This document shows, piece by piece, positions 19,199-28,200 of a stretch of DNA of 60,277 nt. The position numbers were made by a program, and so were the translations under genes. Location: NCBI GenBank assembly GCA_964617715.1, contig CAZTZN010000006.1, positions 1-60,277 of the forward strand, written 5' to 3'. Numbering within the stretch: the first letter of the stretch is position 1; every line of letters starts with the position of its first letter. The notes under the pieces were generated by a model. The model was not told where the DNA came from. It was given only the letters and a program-made list of their open reading frames with translations, and did no database searches. Origin of the DNA: an uncultured Armatimonadia bacterium. GTDB lineage: Bacteria > Armatimonadota > Zipacnadia > Zipacnadales > UBA5352.

Positions 19199-20145
19199 GC
19201 GATCGGGCGAAGGGGCTCCTGCTGGGCTTTGCCGCCAGCGCTCTGTGGGCGTCGGTCTTCGCCGCGGGACGTTATGTCACCGCCGGGCGCGGCGTCGATC
19301 CCATCCTGACTGCGACCGTGCGCTTCTCGGTCGGCGCCGCCGGGGCTGTGATCTACCTGCTGGCGACCGGCCGCTGGTCCCGCCTGCTGCGCGCGGCCGA
19401 GGGGCTGTGGCCGCTGGCGGGCCTGGGCGCCGTGGGCATCTTCAGCATGGGCATGCTCGTCTTCGTCTCCACCAGCCTGACCAGCTCCATCAACGGCGCC
19501 CTGATCCTCAATGCCAACGCCATCTTCATCGCGGTCTTCGCGCTCTTCATCGGCGAGCGCGTGTCCGTCATCCACTTCGTGGGGCTGCTGCTGGGCCTGG
19601 TGGGTTGTGGCATCATCGTCGTCGGCGCGACTCCACCTCAGCCGCTCCCGGTTGCCAGCAACGTGCTCGGCTCCATCGCCGCCCTCGGCGGCGCCATCTG
19701 CTGGGCCGCGTACACGGTCTGGGGCAAGCGCTACGTGCGCCTCTACGGCGGTCTCGAGTCCGCCACCATCACGCTCATCGCGGGCGCGATCATGCTGATC
19801 GGGGTGAGCCTCGCGCGCGGGGCCAACCTGTCGGTCGGCGTCTCCGAAGGCCTGGCGCTGCTCTATCTCGGCATCTTCCCGACCGCCGTCGCCATGCTCA
19901 TCTGGTACCACGCGCTGCACCTTGTGGACGCCAACGTGCTCGGCCCGACGCAGTACGTCGCGCCGCCGCTGGCGACCCTCCTGGGCTGGGTGCTGCTGGG
20001 GGAGCCGCTGTCGTGGACCTTCGTCGCCGGTGCCGCCACCATCATCATCGCGGTCTATCTGGCCACGCGACCGGCCGGAGCGGATCCTCCTCCGCCGCCG
20101 ACCTCCCCGGACGTGACGGGACGGAAGTCCTCGGTGGCGCGCTGA
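19195..20145 (+). CDS. DMT-superfamily (EamA) transporter
   Basis: The GTG start overlaps the upstream stop (GTGA). About 10 hydrophobic helices in two EamA-like halves. Confidence 0.85.
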   Translation: MSDRAKGLLLGFAASALWASVFAAGRYVTAGRGVDPILTATVRFSVGAAGAVIYLLATGRWSRLLRAAEGLWPLAGLGAVGIFSMGMLVFVSTSLTSSINGALILNANAIFIAVFALFIGERVSVIHFVGLLLGLVGCGIIVVGATPPQPLPVASNVLGSIAALGGAICWAAYTVWGKRYVRLYGGLESATITLIAGAIMLIGVSLARGANLSVGVSEGLALLYLGIFPTAVAMLIWYHALHLVDANVLGPTQYVAPPLATLLGWVLLGEPLSWTFVAGAATIIIAVYLATRPAGADPPPPPTSPDVTGRKSSVAR

Positions 20146-20225
20146 TGAAGGCCGGTCCTGTGCACGGCCGCGCCCCGCCGCCGGTCGGGTTGATCGCCAA
20201 CATTGCCGCGCCTGCCCGCGTGCCC

Positions 20226-21500
20226 CTACCGCCCGATCCAGTCGAGGAAGTTCTGGCCGAGCAGGCCGCGCACGTCCGCTTCGATCTGCTCGGCGGTGAG
20301 CCGCCAGCCGGTCGCGTGCAGGTCCAGATACTTGTCGGTCAGCACCCTGCGGATCGACTCGCGCGAGTGGGCCCACTTGTACACGAGCTGATCGAGCACC
20401 CGGCAGTCCGAGTGCTGCGCCACGAAGCTCAGGCCCAGCAGCTCCACCCGCTCGCGCGTCATCTCGTCGATGATGCTCGGGTCGTTCAGGAACCACCAGC
20501 AGCCGAAGGGCATCAGGTTCGGGAACTTGCGCGCCGCCACGCACAGTTCATGCTGATTCTCGCGCGAGAGCAAAGTCACGAAGAAGTTGCAGTCGGGGTG
20601 CTGCGAACACAGTCGCTCGACCGTCCCGATGTCGCACTTACCCACCGCGTCGCCTGCCAGTCGCAGCGCCGGGTTCACCTGCCGTTTCACGCCCATCATG
20701 GGTGCGAAGGGGATTCCCAGCTCCGTGCACGCGGGAATGATCGCCTCATTGAGGATCGGCGTGCTCGGGTGGTCGTCGGGGTAGGCGAAGTTGAAGCCCA
20801 GCGAGGCCGCCATGTACACGGGGTTCATGCGCTCGGCCCAGTCCATCAGGAAGCGGCGTACCTCGGAGAGGGTGCTGCCCGACAGGTCCAGCGCCACGTC
20901 GTAGCCCCACGCGGCCAGCCTGGGCTGCGCCTCGTGCCAGGTCACCAGCAACGGGTCGATGCGCAACGCCGGCAGGAAGCGCTCATCGGTCTCGGCCCCC
21001 TGTTCAATCCAGATGGCGCGCTCATTCTCGTCGAAGGGGTCATTGGTCATGACCACCTTGTCGGCGTTGGCGGTCGCGAAGACGCGGTCGATATGCTCCT
21101 CGACCGTGGCCGCCGCGAAGAACTCGCGGAACTCATCCGGGGTGCCATCGGCCACGTCCAGCCCGTAGGCCTGCAGGCAGGTCAGTACGCCGCGGCGCGC
21201 CTCGGAGATCGGGCTCTCGTTGATGAACAGGCTCTGCCAGATGTGATCGGCCTGCTCGCGCTTGCTCATGGCAAAGAACTGCGCGGGGCTGACTGCGCGG
21301 TTGGTGCGACACACCTCGGCGATCAGGTAGTGGTAGGTAATCAGCTCGTCGAAGCCCCACAGCAGCAGGTCGCCGAAACGCGCCGAAAACAGGTGGGTGT
21401 GCACATCGACCGGCAGTGTGACGGTGCGGCAGATGCGCTCGACCGCATTGGCGATCGCGGAGCTGCCGTGCAGGACGGTGTCGTTCGAAGCGGCGGACAT
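20226..21500 (-). CDS. Glucuronate isomerase (UxaC) family / amidohydrolase-fold protein
   Basis: VDVHTHL metal motif, GCWWFLNDPS (compare GSGWWFNDQ of UxaC) and HSDCRVLDQL (compare TDSRSFLSY). Start moved to ATG 21500, which has AGAGAGGGGA upstream. Confidence 0.7.
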   Translation of the reverse strand: MSAASNDTVLHGSSAIANAVERICRTVTLPVDVHTHLFSARFGDLLLWGFDELITYHYLIAEVCRTNRAVSPAQFFAMSKREQADHIWQSLFINESPISEARRGVLTCLQAYGLDVADGTPDEFREFFAAATVEEHIDRVFATANADKVVMTNDPFDENERAIWIEQGAETDERFLPALRIDPLLVTWHEAQPRLAAWGYDVALDLSGSTLSEVRRFLMDWAERMNPVYMAASLGFNFAYPDDHPSTPILNEAIIPACTELGIPFAPMMGVKRQVNPALRLAGDAVGKCDIGTVERLCSQHPDCNFFVTLLSRENQHELCVAARKFPNLMPFGCWWFLNDPSIIDEMTRERVELLGLSFVAQHSDCRVLDQLVYKWAHSRESIRRVLTDKYLDLHATGWRLTAEQIEADVRGLLGQNFLDWIGR

Positions 21501-21646
21501 GGCGGTCCCCTCTCTTCTGTGCGTTCGAGTCACGACTCCCGTGGATAGTTGGCCCCGCGCGGTCGCGACTCCTGCCGACGACGGCGCAGGATGCGGGCCC
21601 TCGATGGGGGAACAACTGCCTGCCGAGACGAGGAGGGGAGTCCACG

Positions 21647-22597
21647 ATGAGCCGGGGAGTCGAGGAACGGAAGGTCGAGGCGGTCGCCTTCGTGGTGAAC
21701 CCGACGTCGGGCGGCGGCGGGAGCGATCAGCTCTTCCTCAACATCGCGCGCCTGCTGCGCGCCCGTGGCGTGTGGCCCGCCGCCTTCGAGACCCGTCGGC
21801 ACGAGGGAGCGCGCCCGGCGGTGGAGGCGGCGCTGCGGGCCGGCTTCGAGGAGATCTGGGTGATCGGCGGCGACGGCACCATCCGCGAGTGTCTGGGGCC
21901 GATCGTCGAGGCGGGGGCGATTCTCGGGCCCATCCCCGGCGGCACCAGCAACCGGCTGGTCGAGGTGGTGGGCCATGCGTGGGCCGATCCACTCGCACAG
22001 GCTCAGTGGATGCTCAGACAGCCGGTGTATCGGATGGACCTGGGGGAGTGCAACGGCGAGCTGTTCACGGTGCGCGCCGGTGTGGGGTTCGAGGCGAAGG
22101 CCGCCCGTGAAGTCGAGGACGACAAGTTCGGCCTGGGCAATTTCGCGTACGTGGTGGCCGGTCTGCGCGCGGCGCGGGACATCCGGCCGGTACCGGCACG
22201 GCTGATCTCCGGCGATGAGGTGCTGCTGGAGGAGCCGATGCTCACCGTCATCTTCAGCAACCTGCCCATGCGCGTGTTGCTGCGTGTGCCGGGGCTCGAG
22301 CGGGCGAGCCCCACCGACGGGATGCTGCACACCATCGTCATCCGCGACCGGCCCGGCGTGGACGTGCTCTGGCGCTGGGTGACCTCGTGGCAGGAGCCGC
22401 CGCCCGAGCCGAAGCTGGTGTTTGAGGCGACCGCGTCGGAGTTCGTGCTCGAGGTCGAGGGTGGGGCCGATGTGCACCTCGACGGTGAGGCGCTGGGCGC
22501 GCACGAGCGCGTCGGCGTGCGCTGCCGGCCCGCCGCGCTGCGGCTGCGCGGCCTGGACCTGGCGGCGGGAACTCCTGAGGCGCGAGCGCCGTTATGA
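21647..22597 (+). CDS. Diacylglycerol/lipid kinase family protein (YegS/BmrU-type)
   Basis: NPTSGGG, the GGDGTI catalytic-domain motif and PGGTSN. GAGGAGGGGA ribosome-binding site. Confidence 0.85.
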   Translation: MSRGVEERKVEAVAFVVNPTSGGGGSDQLFLNIARLLRARGVWPAAFETRRHEGARPAVEAALRAGFEEIWVIGGDGTIRECLGPIVEAGAILGPIPGGTSNRLVEVVGHAWADPLAQAQWMLRQPVYRMDLGECNGELFTVRAGVGFEAKAAREVEDDKFGLGNFAYVVAGLRAARDIRPVPARLISGDEVLLEEPMLTVIFSNLPMRVLLRVPGLERASPTDGMLHTIVIRDRPGVDVLWRWVTSWQEPPPEPKLVFEATASEFVLEVEGGADVHLDGEALGAHERVGVRCRPAALRLRGLDLAAGTPEARAPL

Positions 22598-22631
22598 CCC
22601 CCGACGGCAGTACTCTCGCAGGGAGTGGCCC

Positions 22632-22931
22632 ATGACGTCGCCGGGAGCGCGCGAATATCGCGCACTGCGAATCGCGGCGGTGGCCGCGATCACGCTGCTG
22701 CTCAACGCCACTACGCTGGCGCCGGCGCTGCACTCGCATGCGCCGGGGCACAATCCCGCCGTCTGCCCGGTGTGCATGCTGCAGGCGCACGGCGCGTGGA
22801 CACCGGCGGACCCGGGGCCGGTGCAGGGCGTCGAGCGCTCGCACCTGCCCGCCCCCGACGCGCCCGGCGATCCGGTGCTGCCGGCGCACATCCATGCCGA
22901 GGTAGCCCGCGGGCCGCCCGCCGCCGGGTGA
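22632..22931 (+). CDS. Small membrane-anchored His/Cys-motif protein (hypothetical)
   Basis: 99 aa, in-frame inside track ORF 22422-22931. One TM helix ([23 protein letters not shown]) is followed by [21 protein letters not shown]. This frame has much higher GC3 than the overlapping 22625 frame. Confidence 0.45.
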   Translation: MTSPGAREYRALRIAAVAAITLLLNATTLAPALHSHAPGHNPAVCPVCMLQAHGAWTPADPGPVQGVERSHLPAPDAPGDPVLPAHIHAEVARGPPAAG

Positions 22932-22987
22932 CGTCTCAGAGCCTCACCGTGTGTGTGCAATCCCCTGTTCGCAGGAGGTCACAGATC

Positions 22988-23650
22988 ATGCGAGTGTCAG
23001 ATCATCGACGCACCGGCTTCACGCTTATCGAGCTGTTGGTGGTGATCGCTATCATCGCCATCCTTGCGGCGATCCTCTTCCCGGTCTTCGCGCGGGCGCG
23101 CGAGAAGGCGCGGCAGACGAGCTGTCTCAACAACCTCAAGCAGATCGGCACCGCCATGCTCATGTATGCCCAGGACTACGACGAGCGCTTCATCTGGACC
23201 AGCGACAACTGGGCCTGGTACGTGCTGGTGCAGCCCTACGCGATGAATGCGCAGATCTTCAAGTGCCCGTCGATGGGCATGGACGCCGGCAATCCCTACA
23301 CCGACTACTCGATCAACGGCGTCTTCGCCCACGGCATCGGGCAGGCCGACATCAAGCACGTGGGCGAGTTTATCATGGTGGGGGAACGCGGCGATGACAT
23401 CATCTACGACGGCTACCACCCGTGGCCGCGCGATGGCACGAGCTGGAACGTCATGTCCGCCTACACCGCCGCCGACGGCCACAACTGGTTCGAGGGGCAC
23501 CTGGCCAAGGACCGCCACAACGAGGGCGCCAACTACGCCTTCGCCGATGGCCACGGCAAGTGGCAGCGCTGGAACCAGACGGTCGAGCCGCCACTGCCGG
23601 GCATGCACAACCCCGACCGCATCATCCCCGTGGTCCATCACTGGGACTGA
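22988..23650 (+). CDS. Prepilin-type N-terminal cleavage/methylation domain protein with DUF1559 (H-X9-DG) domain
   Basis: [36 protein letters not shown] is a class-III signal, followed by CLNNLKQIG. The C-terminal [13 protein letters not shown] is the H-X9-DG motif. Start at ATG 22988. Confidence 0.9.
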   Translation: MRVSDHRRTGFTLIELLVVIAIIAILAAILFPVFARAREKARQTSCLNNLKQIGTAMLMYAQDYDERFIWTSDNWAWYVLVQPYAMNAQIFKCPSMGMDAGNPYTDYSINGVFAHGIGQADIKHVGEFIMVGERGDDIIYDGYHPWPRDGTSWNVMSAYTAADGHNWFEGHLAKDRHNEGANYAFADGHGKWQRWNQTVEPPLPGMHNPDRIIPVVHHWD

Positions 23651-23673
23651 CACTCGGCGCTCGACGCGCATCA

Positions 23674-23703
23674 CCGGGCCCGCGCAACGCTGCGCGGGCC
23701 CGG
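23674..23703 (+). terminator. Perfect 13-bp GC hairpin CCGGGCCCGCGCA-ACGC-TGCGCGGGCCCGG
   Basis: Lies 24 nt downstream of the DUF1559 stop codon. There is no U-tract, as is common in GC-rich genomes. Confidence 0.55.
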
Positions 23704-23854
23704 CCACGTACGCGTGCACAGATGATTCTCGATGCGACAGCAGGCGAAGGCTTGCCGCTGAGCGAACCCGACACGGAGGCGCTTCGCGCGCAGCCGAACA
23801 GCCTGGCTGGCGCACCTATCACGCGCAGGCCGTTTCCCCGAGGTGAGTGAGAGA

Positions 23855-25240
23855 ATGAGACCGAAGACAGGTGCTGTCATCCGCCTGCTCCTGATGGTGG
23901 CGCTCATGGCTTGCGGCCTGGCGTCAACCGTGAGCGCGGAGATTACCACAGTCACCGCCGGTCCCGTGCGCCTGGTGGCGCCGCCGGACTCGACCGCAGA
24001 TCAGGTGCTCAGCTACGGGTTGGGCTTCCCCTTCCAGGTGGCGTCGGATCGGGCGGCGCTGTTCTGCAATGTGCGCATCGAAGGCGTCGCCGTCTCCGAC
24101 TACGAGAACGGCACCGATGTGATCATCTTCGACAGTCTGGCCGGCATCAGCGCGGAGAATGCCGTCGCCATCTCCCGCAATGAGAGAACGACCGACGCCG
24201 ATGGCACGCAGCGCATCGTGGTGAAGTTCCCGGTCATCGGCGGCTTCGTCCCGCTGGGGGCGCTGCGCGCAGACGCCAGCCCGCATCCGCACGCGGGCAC
24301 CGGCTTCGGCCTGTGCCAGGCCATCTCATTCCCGGTGGATGAGACCGGCCACTTCAATTGGCAGAGCGGGTACATCCATCGCTGCGAGGTGCACCAACTC
24401 AGCTACGACGGCGAGCGTTTCGAGGCGGTGCGCAGCTCCTCGCCCGACCGCACCCACCCGCTGATCGGGGACACCGCCTGGCGGATATCGGCGCCGGGGA
24501 TCACCAACGCCATCCCCGACGGCGACGATCTGCTCCTGGCGGCCCTGGTCAGTGACGGCTCGGTCTCGTCGTCTGGCGTGGTGAGGTGGGCCCGCGTCGG
24601 TGAGGTCTGGGAGCCGGTCGAGTTCTCGCCGGTCACGCCACCGGGCGAGTCGTGGGCTGAGCCCAGTCTGGTCCGCGACAGCGATGGCGCACTGCTGTTC
24701 ACGGCGCGCGGTTCCGGAGGCGATCGGCTGGCGCAGGTGAGCGTGTGGCGGCGATACGATGGCGGGCCGCAGTGGCGGCTCGTGTTCAGCACCCCTGACG
24801 TCCGGGTCCTGCATCTGGAGGAGGGTGGCTCGCAGTGGGAGCAGGTCATCAGCGCCGCGGGCGCCCACAGCCCGGGACCGATCTCGATCAACCGCGCCCT
24901 TGACGGCACACCCTACATCGGCGCGAACCTCCAGGGCAGCGGCCGCGAGACGCTGTGCATCTGGCCGCTCAACGCCGCGCGCACGGAGCTGCTCGAGCCC
25001 ATCACCGCACGTGCCGCGCGCGCGGAGTTCGGCGCGCCACCGGCGGGCTCGCGCTGGATGGTGGACCATCCGTCGGGGGCGGTGGTGCGCCTGGGCGACG
25101 GCGAGTGGCACGCACTGCTCGCCTACAGAATCCTCGACAGCGCCGAGCACCGCGGTGCGGCTCCCGGCGCGCGGACCGGCTGCTACGTCGAGGAGGTGTT
25201 GTCTGACGGGCCTGCCGTGCCTCCATGGCGGTTCGAGTAG
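23855..25240 (+). CDS. Secreted hypothetical protein (possibly beta-propeller / sialidase-like fold)
   Basis: ATG 23855 has GAGGTGA 8 nt upstream. Signal peptide MRPKTGAVIRLLLMVALMACGLASTVSA. I recognise no catalytic motif; the fold guess is weak. Confidence 0.6.
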   Translation: MRPKTGAVIRLLLMVALMACGLASTVSAEITTVTAGPVRLVAPPDSTADQVLSYGLGFPFQVASDRAALFCNVRIEGVAVSDYENGTDVIIFDSLAGISAENAVAISRNERTTDADGTQRIVVKFPVIGGFVPLGALRADASPHPHAGTGFGLCQAISFPVDETGHFNWQSGYIHRCEVHQLSYDGERFEAVRSSSPDRTHPLIGDTAWRISAPGITNAIPDGDDLLLAALVSDGSVSSSGVVRWARVGEVWEPVEFSPVTPPGESWAEPSLVRDSDGALLFTARGSGGDRLAQVSVWRRYDGGPQWRLVFSTPDVRVLHLEEGGSQWEQVISAAGAHSPGPISINRALDGTPYIGANLQGSGRETLCIWPLNAARTELLEPITARAARAEFGAPPAGSRWMVDHPSGAVVRLGDGEWHALLAYRILDSAEHRGAAPGARTGCYVEEVLSDGPAVPPWRFE

Positions 25241-25287
25241 TCCACGCGCGCCATCCGGCCCGGGCCTGCCCCGCCAGCGCTCTCGCA

Positions 25288-28200
25288 TCAGTACGCGACA
25301 AGCTCGCCGGAGGCGGTCGCCGCCAGGATGAGGCCGCCACCGGGCAGGCACACCAACCGCACCGGCTCGGGCGTCGCGATGGTGCGCAGCACCGTGCCGT
25401 CGCCCGCGAAGATGCGCACCAGGCCGTCCTGGCCCGCCGCGACGATCTCGACCGTGCCGTCGCCATCGAGGTCGCCGACCGCCACGTCATTGACCGCGAA
25501 GCCCAGGTGCGCCCGCCACAGTTCCTGCCCGGCGGCGTCTACCGCGTAGAGGTAGCCGGTGTCGGAGGCGACGAGGACCTCGGGCGTGGCGTCGCCGGTG
25601 ATGTCGGCGGCGCGAATGCGCCGGACGGCGTAGCCGAAGTTGTCGAAGCGCCAGGCGATCTGCCCATCCGGGCCGCGGGTGAGCAGATCGCCCGTGGACG
25701 AGCCGTAGATGACGCTCAGGCCCTCGGCGGTGAGGCGCGCGGTGTCGAACCGGACATCACCGATGGACGAGTAGCCGATGAAGGCGCGCTTCCCGTCCTG
25801 CGTGACGCCGTGGACGAAGCCGTAGCGGTCGGAGACGAAGATCTCGTTGGCGCCGTCGCCATCATAGTCGGCGAACTCGATGTCCATCGCCCCGTGCGCC
25901 ACCTGCTCGTACTGCCACAGGCGTGTCCAGTCCTGATCGAGAGCGATGAGTTGGTAGTTACCCATGACCGTGAACAACTCATCGAGCCCGTCGGCGTCGA
26001 TGTCCAGGCCATCGACCACCCACAGCGCCCACGGGCGGTCGCCGAAAGTCTGGCTGTGCGGCGGGCCCAGGGGCTGGTGGCTGTCGAGCAGCTCGCCCTC
26101 GGCCGAGAGCACGTAGAGGTGCGTGTCGGCCGAGGCGATGGCGACCTCGCGACCGGGCGTCTCGCGCGCCTGCACATCCGCAACGTCGAGCACCGTGCCC
26201 TCGGCGGCATAGCTCCACAGCAGCTCGCCGGAGGGGCTCAGGCAATGACACGAGCGGCCCTGCGCCACCAGGATCTCGGGGGTGCCATCGCCGTCGAGGT
26301 CGGTGCGCTGCACGCGGCGGATCTGGCCGGGCTCGGGGAAGCGCGCGCGCCAGCGCGGCTGAGCAGGCTCAGCGGCGGCGCCCGTGGCCACGGCCGTGGT
26401 GCGCTCGGGCTCAGACTGCAGGAGACGCTCGACGGCCGCACGGTCGGCATCGGTGACGGGCAGCGACTGCACCGGGGCTCCGTCCACGGCCAGCCGGCCG
26501 TCGGCGAGGTCGAGGATCACGCTTGCAGGTTCGTCTGATGACCATCCCCCGCCGGCGGCCTCAACCTGCGTCGCGCCCGCGAGCAGGATGCGCGCGGGCT
26601 CGAGGATAGCCACCTGCGCGCGACAGATGATGCCGCCCACGCGCAGCTCATCGAGCACGATCAGCGCGCGGTCATCGCCGGTTACCAGGTAGCGTGCCGG
26701 GCCGACGCGCCCGAGGTCGTACTCGCCCGCCCGGCGCCCGCTCACGTGGTAGAAGATCGAGGCGAAGCGCTCACCCTCGCCCGCGGCCAGGTGTGCGCGG
26801 CGGCGCTGGTGCAGCACCGCCAGCGGCACCGAGATGCCCTGGCTCTGATGCGTGGTCACGCGGCACTGCACGGGCTCGGCGGAGCGGATGAAGAAGCGCT
26901 TGGGCTCGGCGGCGATGCTCTCGCCGGGGCGCAGCGGCTCGGCGTCCTCGGCCTCGATGGTCAGTACCGGCTGTTCGCCCCGGAAGAAGGTCAGGCGATC
27001 GAGGCTGATCGGCGGCAGCTCGCGCAGCGTGATGAGCAGCAGGTGCACATCGCCGGGCGGGAGGGTTATCGCGTGCGAGGCGCCGGGGGCCGGGCCGCCG
27101 CCGACCGGGCCGTTGTAAGCGCCCTGGCCCAGGCCGAAGGCGATGGGGTCGCCCCCGTCGATACGCAGCCAGACCGAGTCATGACTGCCGTCCTCTCCAC
27201 GCCCGCGCACGCGCAGCGAGTATTCGCCGCCCGGCAGCGAGACGCGCATCGCCAGGCGCGAGGTGGAGGAGCCGAAGACCATCGCCTGACCGCCCGAGGC
27301 GTCGGCGTCATCCTGGACGAAGACGTCGGTGCTCTGCGCCACCGCGGCGCTGCGGTCGGCGACGAAGCTGCGGCCGTCCTCGATCCATTGCGCCTGTGTG
27401 TCCTCGGTCTTCCAGGTCAGCTCCAGGTCGTAGTCGGCCTCCTCACGCGCGGTCACGCCGTCGAGCGCCACGAAGTAGCGGCCCTTGCGCCAGATCACCG
27501 CCCGGTCCCAGTCCAGGCCGGCGTAGCCGGGCACGCTGGTGCGCACCACGCTCCAGCCATCGAAGTCGGCGGAGGCGTCGAGGCTCGCCATGCTCGGCAC
27601 CAGCGTGTCACCGCGCCCGTTGCGCAGCACGGTGAGCATGCAGTGCTCGGTGGAGTTGCGCACCAGGTAGTCGTGATCGACCAGCCAGCGCTCACCGTCG
27701 GCCACGTACTCGGTGATCGCGTTGGTGTCGTAGTGCAGGTGCTTGCCGCGCCCGAAGCCGTCCATGAGCAGGTACTGCGCGTCCGGCTCCCAGCTCTCGC
27801 GCATGGCGATCTTGTCCCACGCGCGCTCCAGCGGCACCTCGGAGGGCACCAGCCGCTCGTTGTAGTACGGGTGGCGCTGCGTGTACTCGTAGAGCTGCGC
27901 GTCCAGGGGGAAGACGTTGAGGCCGATGAAGCGGTCGGGCCGCTCTCCGGGCGTGTCGTGGTAGGGATTCTGCCACGTCGGATCGACATGTTCGAGCACC
28001 CAGCGGTAGCCGGGGTCACCGGTGGTCAGGAAGGCGAGGGGCAGCACCTTCTGCAGCAGGTCGGGGTTCGACGAGTAGTGCGAGTCGCCGAAGCCCCCGG
28101 CCCAGCCGCGGCTGTCGCAGATGCCGATCATGTAGTCGGCGTAGCGCGCCATGTTGCCGCCGGTGACCCACTCGTCGAGGCCCTCGGCGAGGCAATAGCG

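Noticed and set aside
18963-21548. 861-aa plus-strand ORF spanning the DMT and UxaC-family loci
   Set aside because: The sequence is low-complexity and Arg/Pro-rich. It overlaps two well-supported genes on different strands.
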